A DNA stretch of 64,000 bases from Clostridia bacterium (lineage in GTDB: Bacteria > Bacillota > Clostridia > UBA1381 > UBA9506): positions 1 through 64,000 of the forward strand of contig JAZNGA010000030.1 of NCBI GenBank assembly GCA_045576235.1, read 5' to 3'. Positions 47,232 through 56,689 of the stretch are shown piece after piece. How positions within the stretch are numbered: the stretch's first letter is position 1; every line of letters starts with the position of its first letter. Under the pieces are notes generated by a model. That model searched no databases. It worked only from the letters and a program-made list of their open reading frames with translations, and was not told the origin of the DNA. The position numbers and the translations under genes are program-made.

Positions 47232-47352
47232 TAAAAAATGAACGTAAGAAGAGATACATAGTTATTCGGCTTAAAGCGAAAGTTAGTCGGCTTAAATATT
47301 TTTATGCCGAATATTGTAAAAGAACGATTCTATCAAGAAAAGGAGTGAGAAT

Positions 47353-47859
47353 ATGGCTATAAGTAAAGCAATACGGCAGTTCGTATATGAAAAATACAAT
47401 GGGCGATGTGCATATTGTGGTAGAAAAATAGAGTATAAGGATATGCAGGTAGACCACTTTGTAGCAAAAAGAGGCTGGAACGAAGAAGGAACGGACGATA
47501 TTTCAAACCTTATGCCCTCTTGTCGTATGTGTAATCATTATAAGAGAGCAAATCCATTAGAGCTTTTCCGTAAATACATTCAGGAAATCCCACGGAAATT
47601 AAGAAGTAATTATATCTATAAAGTTGGAGTTGTTTACGGTAATGTCATTGAAAATGAAAAACCTATAAACTTCTATTTTGAAACTAAAGACAAAGTTGTT
47701 GAAGACAATGATAGCGTAGTAGAGGTTGTTAGATGTAGAGATTGTCAATGGTATGATAACCACGAATGTCAAAATCCTTATATACATATGAGTGATGCTG
47801 CACACATCTATACATACGCAACCGACTATTGTAGTTACGGGCTGAGAAAACCACAATGA
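47353..47859 (+). CDS. HNH endonuclease
   Basis: CAYCGRKI...DHFVAKRGWNE...NLMPSCRMCNHYK. Confidence 0.65.
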   Translation: MAISKAIRQFVYEKYNGRCAYCGRKIEYKDMQVDHFVAKRGWNEEGTDDISNLMPSCRMCNHYKRANPLELFRKYIQEIPRKLRSNYIYKVGVVYGNVIENEKPINFYFETKDKVVEDNDSVVEVVRCRDCQWYDNHECQNPYIHMSDAAHIYTYATDYCSYGLRKPQ

Positions 47860-47946
47860 AATCGCAATTCAATCAATAAAAGAACGATTTTAAGGTGAAC
47901 AATCAAAGAAAACGGCAAAAACTACGATTAGAAGGAGTGATAACGA

Positions 47947-48333
47947 ATGACAAACAAAGAAATATATGAAATGTTGCAAAATGGTTCTACATATCAAGAA
48001 ATTGCTGATATTGAAGGTATATCAAAACAAGCAGTACACCAGAGAATGATTCTTCACAAAAGAAAAGTATATGGTATAAGAGGCAAGAGTTTCAATATAA
48101 ACAAGATTGTATATCAGGGAATATATGATTGGTTTAAAGAGCATTTAAACGAAAGTCTTCACTCATTATGTAGAAAAGTGTATCAGAGGCCGAATAATAG
48201 TTCAATTGTAAAGCTCAGAGAATTTCTAAAAGGCAAACACGATTCGATATTCAAAATAGAGCAGATAAAACGCTTATGCGAAGTTATAGGGAAACCATTC
48301 GAGGAAGTGTTTAAGTGGAGGGATGTAACATGA
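47947..48333 (+). CDS. Phage HTH protein (sigma-70 region-4-like / possible late regulator)
   Basis: STYQEIADIEGISKQAVHQRM helix-turn-helix. Confidence 0.4.
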   Translation: MTNKEIYEMLQNGSTYQEIADIEGISKQAVHQRMILHKRKVYGIRGKSFNINKIVYQGIYDWFKEHLNESLHSLCRKVYQRPNNSSIVKLREFLKGKHDSIFKIEQIKRLCEVIGKPFEEVFKWRDVT

Positions 48334-48731
48334 CAGATAACGAGATTATAAAGGCTTTGGAGTGTTGTTTTACTGATAATTTTGGTGATTGTGAAGAATG
48401 TCCACTAAAATGCAAACGAGATGATATTTTTTCTTGTATGCGTACAAAACAAGAAGCTACCCTTGACCTAATCAACCGCCAAAAAGCAGAGATTGAGAGG
48501 CTGAAAGCAGAAAAACAAAGTATTAAGTATTGCTATGAACAAGCAAAATCTTATAATGACACACTTGCCGAAAGTTGCGAAAAGAATTGTAAAAAATTCA
48601 ATATGACAACGAGAGCCGAAGCAATAAAAGAGTTTGCCGAGAGAGTGAAAGAGCAAACATTTCATTATTACGATTACGACATTGACAACCTTGTAAAAGA
48701 AATAACGGAGCAAAAGAATATTAAGGAGTGA
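48315..48731 (+). CDS. Phage hypothetical Cys-rich/coiled-coil protein
   Basis: N-terminal CCx8CEECPxKC followed by a coiled coil. Confidence 0.35.
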   Translation: MEGCNMTDNEIIKALECCFTDNFGDCEECPLKCKRDDIFSCMRTKQEATLDLINRQKAEIERLKAEKQSIKYCYEQAKSYNDTLAESCEKNCKKFNMTTRAEAIKEFAERVKEQTFHYYDYDIDNLVKEITEQKNIKE

Positions 48732-48735
48732 GAGT

Positions 48736-48930
48736 ATGGGATTAGAACCAAAGAGAGACTGTTATGGATATAAGAACAGCTCATATTGCGGAGCATTGAC
48801 TGAAATGGTATGCACGAAACGGAAGTGCTCGTTTTACAAAACGAAGGAGCGGTTTATAGAGAACAGAGAGAGATATGGCAGCGGGGAGACATACGCAGAA
48901 ATATATAAGAGAAAACATAGGGAGGGATAA
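48736..48930 (+). CDS. Phage small hypothetical protein
   Basis: 64-aa ORF. Confidence 0.3.
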   Translation: MGLEPKRDCYGYKNSSYCGALTEMVCTKRKCSFYKTKERFIENRERYGSGETYAEIYKRKHREG

Positions 48931-49039
48931 AGGATGAAGAAGATTAAATATTATATTGCTTGTGTTAGGTGGTTGTGGAAAAACCGAGATTGGAGCAATA
49001 CGAGACAAAAATTTAAGGCTATGGAAAAGGAGATAAGCA

Positions 49040-49336
49040 ATGGCTAATAAGAAAAAAACTACAAAGCAGAAACTTGCACAGGAAAAAAAGAAGATTAACA
49101 AATTAATGAAAATGATAGGCGAAGAAAGACAAAAGGCAGCAGGATATGAGCAGGTTGCAAAGGTACATAGTGCTTACATATCTATTCTCTTGAAAAAGTT
49201 GGGAGCTATAGATAATAATAATTCAGTTACTATTACGCAAACAGAAGTTAAGGAAGCTCTGAAGAAGTATGAAGCAAGAGCAATGGTAGAGCCTACTAAT
49301 AACAGTTATAAGCTATATTGTGAAGTTATTGAATAA
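49040..49336 (+). CDS. Phage hypothetical basic protein
   Basis: 98-aa ORF, Lys-rich N-terminus. Confidence 0.35.
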   Translation: MANKKKTTKQKLAQEKKKINKLMKMIGEERQKAAGYEQVAKVHSAYISILLKKLGAIDNNNSVTITQTEVKEALKKYEARAMVEPTNNSYKLYCEVIE

Positions 49337-49348
49337 GGGGGATAAGCG

Positions 49349-49549
49349 GTGGAGTTCAGACAAAGATTAAGGCAGCTAAGAGAAAAGAAAAGAATTAGCA
49401 GAAAGGTCCTATCTGAACTGTGTGGATTGAACTCTGATGCAGTCAGACGATATGAAAGAGGGGAAACAGAGCCGACTTTGCCCTCACTCATTGCGATAGC
49501 AGAATATTTTGAAGTGTCGATTGATTACCTCATCGGAAAAGACAACTAA
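49349..49549 (+). CDS. XRE-family HTH protein
   Basis: RISRKVLSELCGLNSDAVRRYERG. Strong terminator at 49551-49585. Confidence 0.6.
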   Translation: MEFRQRLRQLREKKRISRKVLSELCGLNSDAVRRYERGETEPTLPSLIAIAEYFEVSIDYLIGKDN

Positions 49550-49770
49550 AAGACCTCATTATGAAGGTCTTTTCTTTTTAGAAATTTTTTGAAAGTCCAC
49601 TTTTAAGTGGAATATTGCCTGGAATTTGTGATAGTGTTTTTATGAGGAGAGCGGAAAGCACTTGTTTAAACCTCCTCAGATAAAATTTTATAAAAACATT
49701 TGGGCGATGTTCCTCTATTCTGATAGAGGTTTTGTAGTTTAGATACGCAATTGTGGAAGGTGGTGTTGGA

Positions 49771-50067
49771 ATGCCTGCAAACAGGGATAAACAGGGAAGA
49801 TTCATGAAAGGTCAGAGTGGAAATCCAAATGGCAGACCATCACTTCATCCCGATATAAAGAAATATGCAAAAGACTCTCCTAAGAGATTGAGAGATATTG
49901 CAGATGCAGAGGACACACCTGTAAGACTTAAAGCTGAGATAGAAAAATGGTTTGCTGAAATGTATTATGGCAAGTCGGCACAGCAAGTCACACTTGATGG
50001 TGAAGTCAATAGCAATGGAACAACAATTGTAAAGTTTGAAGGTGAGCTTGGAGAATGGGCGAAGTAA
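49771..50067 (+). CDS. Putative terminase small subunit
   Basis: Sits immediately upstream of and overlapping terL. GQSGNPNGRP motif resembles small-terminase/DUF5681 N-termini. Confidence 0.4.
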   Translation: MPANRDKQGRFMKGQSGNPNGRPSLHPDIKKYAKDSPKRLRDIADAEDTPVRLKAEIEKWFAEMYYGKSAQQVTLDGEVNSNGTTIVKFEGELGEWAK

Positions 50068-51473
50068 AAGAAGCTTTAATCTTTCAGCATTTAAGAGAAG
50101 AAGTTCCTAACCCTAAACAAATAGAGTTCTTTAAGACACAAGCAAGACATATAGGCTATGGCGGTGCAAGGGGTGGCGGTAAGTCGTGGGCAGGACGAAG
50201 AAAGGCTGTAATGCTTTGTATGAATTACGATGCGTTAAGAGTGTTACTGCTACGTAGAACAATGCCGGAACTTAGGAATAACCATATTATCCCATTACAG
50301 TCTGAATTGTATGGATATGCTAAATACAAGCAAGACGAGAGAAGTTTTCTTTTTCCCAATGGTAGCAGGCTTTTGCTTGGATATTGTGATAATGAGGGTG
50401 ACCTGCCACAATATCAGGGACAAGAATTTGATGTAATCATATTTGAAGAAGCAACACACTTTCCTGAAGAGTGGATTATATTTATAAACACATCACTGCG
50501 TACTACAAGGACGGACTTTAAACCGAGAACTTATTATACTACAAACCCCGGCGGAGTCGGTCACGAGTACATTAAACGTATATTCATAGATAGAAACTAT
50601 AAAGAGGGCGAAAACCCTGACGATTATGTATTCATACAAGCATCTGTATATGACAATAAGGTGCTTATGGAAGCTAACCCAGAGTATATAGATATGTTAA
50701 GGGCTTTGCCAGAGCATAAAAGGAAGGCACATCTTGACGGATGTTGGGATGTGTATGAAGGGCAAGTCTTTGAAGAGTTCAGGAATGACTCTACACATTA
50801 TAAAGATAGATGTTTCACTCATGTTATACATCCTTTTACACCACCGAGAGAATGGAAAATATGGCGTAGCTTTGACTTTGGTTATAGCAAGCCGTTCTCT
50901 TGTGCGTGGTGGGCGATAGACTATGACGGAAGGCTATATCGCATATTGGAGCTATACGGATGCGTGAAGAATGAGGCTGATGTTGGTGTTAAGTGGTCTC
51001 CTGAAGAGATATTTAAGGAGATAGCACGAATAGAGAATGAACATGAATGGTTAAAGGATAAACACATATACGGAGTGGCAGACCCCGCTATATGGGACAA
51101 GTCACACGGCATCAGTATAGCCGAACACGGCGAAAGGTACGGCATTTATTTTGATAAGGGCAAGAACGACAGACTAAACGGGAAAATGCAGGTGCATTAT
51201 AGGTTACGTTTCGATGAGAACGGAATACCTATGATGTACATATTCAGCAATTGCAAAGCCTTCATCCGCACTATTCCTACTCTGATGTATGATGCGAACA
51301 GACCTGAAGATGTTGATACAAAGCTTGAGGACCATTGTTATGACGAAACTAAATATCTTTGTGCGGCTAATCCTATGAAGCCTGTAAAGATAGAGAGCAG
51401 AAAACCTGATGTATATAATCCGCTTGACAATGATGATATAAAAGTCGATAGATATGCATTCTATCGTAGGTAA
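50055..51473 (+). CDS. terL: Terminase large subunit
   Basis: Walker A GGARGGGKS, Walker B-like DVIIFEEA, C-terminal nuclease-like region. Confidence 0.75.
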   Translation: MGEVKEALIFQHLREEVPNPKQIEFFKTQARHIGYGGARGGGKSWAGRRKAVMLCMNYDALRVLLLRRTMPELRNNHIIPLQSELYGYAKYKQDERSFLFPNGSRLLLGYCDNEGDLPQYQGQEFDVIIFEEATHFPEEWIIFINTSLRTTRTDFKPRTYYTTNPGGVGHEYIKRIFIDRNYKEGENPDDYVFIQASVYDNKVLMEANPEYIDMLRALPEHKRKAHLDGCWDVYEGQVFEEFRNDSTHYKDRCFTHVIHPFTPPREWKIWRSFDFGYSKPFSCAWWAIDYDGRLYRILELYGCVKNEADVGVKWSPEEIFKEIARIENEHEWLKDKHIYGVADPAIWDKSHGISIAEHGERYGIYFDKGKNDRLNGKMQVHYRLRFDENGIPMMYIFSNCKAFIRTIPTLMYDANRPEDVDTKLEDHCYDETKYLCAANPMKPVKIESRKPDVYNPLDNDDIKVDRYAFYRR

Positions 51474-51490
51474 TAAAGAGGTGATACAGA

Positions 51491-53458
51491 TTGAATTTAG
51501 ACACACCAAACAGTAGAGGTAAGATAATAAGAGACTATCTTCCTGCGGCAATGCGGAAGCTTATGGGGCGAGATAAGGCACAGCCTGAAGGAGTCTCAAC
51601 CGAAGCTGTTACAGAGGGAACACAGGTGATTGATAAGAAAGCCATCGAAAAGGCGGCTGAAACATTAAAGAAGTACAAAGACGGCAAGAAGAATCTTGAA
51701 GATAGAATTGTAGAAGAAGAGCAATGGTGGAAGCTTCGTCATTGGGATGTAATCAATAATGGTAAGAATAATACAAGCGAACATCCCGAGCCGACATCAG
51801 CATGGATGTTTAACTCCATAGCGGCAAAACACGCTGACATTATGGATAACTACCCCGAGCCTAATGTGTTGCCGAGAGAAAGAGGAGACGAGGAATCAGC
51901 GAAAACACTCTCATCTATTCTTCCTGTTATATACGAGCGTAACAATTATGAGGAGACTTATTCTGATGCGGCATGGTACAAGCTCAAGCACGGTGTAGTG
52001 GCAAAGGGTGTATTTTGGAATACAGAGCTTGAAGAAGGTTTAGGGGATATTGATACACAGTTTATTGATATGCTCAATATCTTTTGGGAAGCTGGTATCA
52101 CAAACATACAGTCGAGCCGAGACTTGTTTATTGTCTCATTAAAGGACAATGACTTGTTAGAGATGGAATACCCACAGCTCAAAGGCAAGAACGGCGGTAA
52201 GGTTATTGATGTTAAACAATATGTATATGATGATACAGTAGATGTAACAAACAAGTCTGTAGTGGTGGATTGGTACTACAAGAAACGCAACTTAACAGGC
52301 AAGACAGTATTACACTTCTGTAAGTTCGTAGGTAATGAGGTGCTATTTGCATCAGAGAACGAGCCTGAATACGCAGAGAACGGCTTTTATAATCACGGCT
52401 TATATCCAGTTGAGTTTGACGTGCTTTTCCCTGAAGAAGGTACGCCAGTAGGCTTTGGATATATTGCTATTATGAAGTCGCCACAGATGTACATAGACAA
52501 GCTCCAGCAAGTAATCTTAGAAAATGCTATTGATGCAACAAATCCACGCTATTTTGCCAAGAAGAATGTAGGTATTAACATTGATGAATATAATGACAAG
52601 AGCAAAAAGATAGTTTGGGTAGAAGGCGATATAGACGATGAACGCTTAAAGCTCATAGATGTACCACAAGTAAGTGGTAGTGCATTAAATATACTTCAGA
52701 TGAAGATAGACGAGCTTAAGGAAACATCATCTAACCGAGATGTATCGCAAGGCTCAACCTCTGGCGGTGTAACTGCAGCTGCTGCTATTGCGGCATTGCA
52801 GGAAGCGGGAAACAAACAGAGCCGAGATATGATTTCAGCCTCTTATCGCTCATATACAAGGGAATGTTACCTTGCTATTGAATTGATGAGACAGTTCTAT
52901 GATGAAACAAGGTCTTTCCGCATCACAGGAGAGACAGGCAAATATGAGTTTATCGACTTCAATAATAAGATGATGCAGGGAGAGCCTATTCCTCCAGCTT
53001 ATGCAGGTCAGGAGTTTGAGCCTGATTATGTAGAGCTATTTCGTAAGCCTGTATATGACATCGTGGTTAAGCCTCAAAAGAGGTCGCCGTATTCGAAGAT
53101 GGCACAGAACGAGCTTGCAAAGGAAATGTACAGCATGGGATTTTTCAATCCTCAGCTTGCAGAGCAGACAATGACAGCCTTAGAGCTTATGGACTTTGAC
53201 GGCATTGAAGGCGTTAAAGAAAGAGTACAGCAAGGTCAAACCTTACTAAACATGGTACAACAGATGGCACAAGAGCTGGAGTTGCTGAAGGGTATGATGG
53301 GCGTTAATACAGGCAACGGAGTTCTAACTCCCGCTCCAAACAATGCTCAAATGAGTGGTGGAATGGGACAGGCACAGAAGAACGCACAGACCGAGACTAT
53401 GACAGGTTATGGAGAAAGGTTAGCATCAAGAGCTAATCCCGACATGAACAATGGTTAG
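51491..53458 (+). CDS. Portal protein (putative)
   Basis: 655 aa, immediately after terL. TTG start with ribosome-binding site aaagaggtga. Confidence 0.55.
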   Translation: MNLDTPNSRGKIIRDYLPAAMRKLMGRDKAQPEGVSTEAVTEGTQVIDKKAIEKAAETLKKYKDGKKNLEDRIVEEEQWWKLRHWDVINNGKNNTSEHPEPTSAWMFNSIAAKHADIMDNYPEPNVLPRERGDEESAKTLSSILPVIYERNNYEETYSDAAWYKLKHGVVAKGVFWNTELEEGLGDIDTQFIDMLNIFWEAGITNIQSSRDLFIVSLKDNDLLEMEYPQLKGKNGGKVIDVKQYVYDDTVDVTNKSVVVDWYYKKRNLTGKTVLHFCKFVGNEVLFASENEPEYAENGFYNHGLYPVEFDVLFPEEGTPVGFGYIAIMKSPQMYIDKLQQVILENAIDATNPRYFAKKNVGINIDEYNDKSKKIVWVEGDIDDERLKLIDVPQVSGSALNILQMKIDELKETSSNRDVSQGSTSGGVTAAAAIAALQEAGNKQSRDMISASYRSYTRECYLAIELMRQFYDETRSFRITGETGKYEFIDFNNKMMQGEPIPPAYAGQEFEPDYVELFRKPVYDIVVKPQKRSPYSKMAQNELAKEMYSMGFFNPQLAEQTMTALELMDFDGIEGVKERVQQGQTLLNMVQQMAQELELLKGMMGVNTGNGVLTPAPNNAQMSGGMGQAQKNAQTETMTGYGERLASRANPDMNNG

Positions 53459-53771
53459 GGCGAATTATACAGTCGATGAAAGCACACATACATTGACGGT
53501 GGTAGGACACGCAAACTATGCGGAGTACGGCAAGGATATTGTGTGTGCTGGAGTATCGGCAATAGTACAAGCTCTTATAGGCTGGTGTGAGGAAAACTAT
53601 GAGACGGTTAACTGCATCAGCATAGACACGCAAGCTGGAGAGGTTATAATCTCCTGTGACGGTGGCGAGAATGTAGCCGCAGTCTTTCGTATGTCAACGA
53701 TTGGTCTGGAACAATTAGCATACAGCTATCCTGACCATGTACAAATAGATATTATCGGACTTGCCGATTGA
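53451..53771 (+). CDS. prp: Prp-family cysteine protease (ribosomal-processing protease homolog; phage prohead protease)
   Basis: GHA...CAG...SCDGG catalytic His/Cys pattern of DUF464/Prp. 106 aa. Confidence 0.7.
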   Translation: MVRANYTVDESTHTLTVVGHANYAEYGKDIVCAGVSAIVQALIGWCEENYETVNCISIDTQAGEVIISCDGGENVAAVFRMSTIGLEQLAYSYPDHVQIDIIGLAD

Positions 53772-53807
53772 CTCTTGGGAACAGACCATGAGAAGGGAGA
53801 CAGTAAT

Positions 53808-54797
53808 ATGTCTAAAATGCTAAAAAAAATGTTCAAAGTAGATTTGCAGTTGTTCAATGATGGCGGAGCAACAGGCGGAGCAGAAGGCTCTGTAGCAGCT
53901 GCGGAGAACGCACCAAAGACTGAAAGTAAACCGAGCGGAGGCAGTCGCCGTTCAAAATCGGGCGAATTTAAAAACGTAGTATTCGGAAAGCAGGAAGGTA
54001 CAGCCGCTAACGAAACTACAAGCCTTGAAGCCGAAGGCAATCCTACGGGTGCAGGAAAAACAGATGTAACAACTACATCAAACACGCTTGAAGAACGCAG
54101 AAAAGCCTTTAACGACCTTATCAATGGTGAGTATAAGGACTTATACCAAGAAAACTTTCAACAGGTATTTGACAGGCGTTTCAAGCAAGTAAAGGGTATG
54201 GAAGCAGATTTAGCCGCACATAAAGAAGTCACAGATATGCTTATGAGCAGATATGGCGTAGATGATGTGGCGAAGCTTAAAACTGCCCTTACGGAAGATA
54301 ACGAATATTGGGAGTCAGTAGCAGAACAGCACGGTATGACAGTTGAACAGTACCACGCTATGCAGAAGCTGGAGCAGGAAAATAAAGAGCTTAAAGCAAT
54401 ACGCCAAAGACAAATTGGACAACAGCAGTTCCAACAGCAGATTGATAGCTGGTATAAAGAAGCAGACAAGGTAAAAGAGCTTTATCCTTCGTTTGACTTT
54501 AGAACAGAAGCACAAAACCCTGAATTTCTCAGCTTATTAAGAAATGGCAATAGTGTAGAACACGCATACAAAGTTCTTCATTTTGACGAATTAACGCAGA
54601 ACGCCGCAAGAGTAGCCGCACAGACAGCGGATGCACAGGCTCAAGCAAGAATTAAGTCAAAAGCTTCTCGACCTTCTGAGAATGGTACATCTTCCAAAAG
54701 TGCCGTCATTGTAAAAAATGATGTGTCTAATCTTACTCGTAAAGACAGAGCAGAGATAGCACGAAGAGTAGCACGGGGAGAAAAAATAGTATTTTAA
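53808..54797 (+). CDS. Scaffolding protein (putative) with N-terminal Prp-cleavage-like motif
   Basis: Coiled-coil-rich protein between prp and capsid. N-terminus MSKMLKKMFKVDLQLFNDGG. Ribosome-binding site gggaga. Confidence 0.5.
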   Translation: MSKMLKKMFKVDLQLFNDGGATGGAEGSVAAAENAPKTESKPSGGSRRSKSGEFKNVVFGKQEGTAANETTSLEAEGNPTGAGKTDVTTTSNTLEERRKAFNDLINGEYKDLYQENFQQVFDRRFKQVKGMEADLAAHKEVTDMLMSRYGVDDVAKLKTALTEDNEYWESVAEQHGMTVEQYHAMQKLEQENKELKAIRQRQIGQQQFQQQIDSWYKEADKVKELYPSFDFRTEAQNPEFLSLLRNGNSVEHAYKVLHFDELTQNAARVAAQTADAQAQARIKSKASRPSENGTSSKSAVIVKNDVSNLTRKDRAEIARRVARGEKIVF

Positions 54798-54833
54798 AAT
54801 AAGTCTCCCCGAAATTAGAAGGGAGAAAACATA

Positions 54834-55817
54834 ATGAAAGAATTTAAGTACAGTCTTCAGCTTTTTGCTGAAATGAACACAAACCTTACATCATCGGCTG
54901 GCTTAACAGACGAGATGAAAACCTATTATAGCGATTATCTCATTGATAACGCTATTCCAAAGCTGGTACACGACCAGTTCGGACAGAAACATCCTATTCC
55001 TAAGAACGGCGGTAAAACAATTGAGTTCAGAAAGTACAGTCCGTTGTCTAAACTTTTAGAGCCTATCTCAGAAGGTGTAACACCTGACGGACAGAGCCTT
55101 AATATGTCAACTATCGAGGCAACTGTAGCACAGTACGGCGGATATATTACACTTTCTGACGTTCTCTTACTTACAGCTATTGATAACAACTTAGTACAGG
55201 CTACTAAACTTCTAGGTGCTCAGGCAGGTAGCACACTTGATACAATCACAAGAGAAGTGTTAAACGGCGGTACTAATGTTATCTTCTCTGGCGGTAAAGA
55301 AGCGAGAGTTGACCTTGATGCGACATCTCTTCTCACTGTTGATGATATTAAGAAAGCAGTACGCTTACTTAAAACACAGAACGCAGAACAGATTAACGGC
55401 TCTTGGGTAGGTATTATTCATCCTGATATTGCATACGACCTCACAAACGACCCTGCTTGGAAAGATGTTAAAACATACTCTGACCCGTCAGACATTTACG
55501 AAGGTGAAATCGGTAAACTTTACGGCGTTCGTTTCGTAGAAACAACAGAGGCTAAAGTTTGGGCAGGTGCAGGTAGCGGCGGAAGAGCTGTATATTCAAC
55601 ACTTATTCTTGGCGATAACGCATACGGCGTAACTGAAATTTCAGGCGGAGGCTTACAGCATATCGTTAAACAGCTTGGTAGTGCTGGTACAGGCGACCCG
55701 CTCAACCAGAGAGCAACAGCAGGTTGGAAAGCTATAAAAGTTGCAGAGAGACTTGTTGAAAATTATATGGTCCGTATTGAATCAGGCTCAACATTTAATC
55801 CCACAGTAAATAACTAA
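54834..55817 (+). CDS. Major capsid protein (putative) with N-terminal LQLFA motif
   Basis: 327 aa, position and size typical of a major capsid protein. N-terminus MKEFKYSLQLFAEM. Confidence 0.6.
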   Translation: MKEFKYSLQLFAEMNTNLTSSAGLTDEMKTYYSDYLIDNAIPKLVHDQFGQKHPIPKNGGKTIEFRKYSPLSKLLEPISEGVTPDGQSLNMSTIEATVAQYGGYITLSDVLLLTAIDNNLVQATKLLGAQAGSTLDTITREVLNGGTNVIFSGGKEARVDLDATSLLTVDDIKKAVRLLKTQNAEQINGSWVGIIHPDIAYDLTNDPAWKDVKTYSDPSDIYEGEIGKLYGVRFVETTEAKVWAGAGSGGRAVYSTLILGDNAYGVTEISGGGLQHIVKQLGSAGTGDPLNQRATAGWKAIKVAERLVENYMVRIESGSTFNPTVNN

Positions 55818-55853
55818 ACTTCGTTATAGCGGAGTATGAAAGGAGAGGCCGTA

Positions 55854-56309
55854 ATGGCAAAAGATACAAAGACTGATGAAAAGCCTATCGTGAAAGAAAA
55901 TATAGGCGAAAACGCAGGCGAAACTATTAATCTTGCAGATGTGGCAGAACAGTACAAAAAGCAGATGGAAGAAATGCTTGCAAATGCTAAAGCTGAAGCC
56001 GAAAAGATTTTAGCTGGTGCAAAAGCTTCTGTTAGCGGAGAGGTGACGGAAGAGCAGAAAAAGGCTAACGAGGAACGCAAGGCATATTTGAATGAGCTTG
56101 TGGAAGTTAGACTCTTTAAGGACAATAACAAATACAAAGATGATGTGTATGTGTCTATAAATGGTGAAAACTGCGTAATTAAGCGCGGTATTCCTGTTAA
56201 AATTAAAAGGAAATTTGCGTTGTTGCTTGAAACTTCCGATATTCAGGATTACGAAACAAGTATTCTCATTGATGAAAAGTCTAATGAATTTGCAAGAGGC
56301 GAGTTATAA
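55854..56309 (+). CDS. Phage structural-module hypothetical protein (Lys/Glu-rich)
   Basis: Ribosome-binding site aaaggagagg. Confidence 0.4.
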   Translation: MAKDTKTDEKPIVKENIGENAGETINLADVAEQYKKQMEEMLANAKAEAEKILAGAKASVSGEVTEEQKKANEERKAYLNELVEVRLFKDNNKYKDDVYVSINGENCVIKRGIPVKIKRKFALLLETSDIQDYETSILIDEKSNEFARGEL

Positions 56310-56398
56310 CTGAATAGTCCGCGATAATAAAAATTCTATGACACGGCATAGGGGTGACTTTAATTAGTTGCCCCTATTTTCGTATAAAGGGGGTAAAT

Positions 56399-56674
56399 AT
56401 GCAAGATTTGATTAGACTTAAGGGCGGTAGCGGAGAAGTGCCTGACCTACAGGATAGAGAGCCAGCAGTCCATAAAAAAAATAAAGAACTTTACATTGGT
56501 ATAAATGGCGAAAATGTGCGTATGTGTGGTGCAAATGATTTAACAGAAATTAATAGCAAAATAAATGAAATCCTATCAGAAATAAGTACCCTCACAACGA
56601 CAATAGCCAACATAGAAAGTGAAATAACAAATATTAAATCTCGTTTGGGTGCATTAGAAACTTCGAGCGAGTGA
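56399..56674 (+). CDS. Small coiled-coil phage protein
   Basis: Ribosome-binding site aaagggggt. C-terminal heptad repeat. Confidence 0.4.
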   Translation: MQDLIRLKGGSGEVPDLQDREPAVHKKNKELYIGINGENVRMCGANDLTEINSKINEILSEISTLTTTIANIESEITNIKSRLGALETSSE

Positions 56675-56689
56675 GAAAGGAGATAGCAA

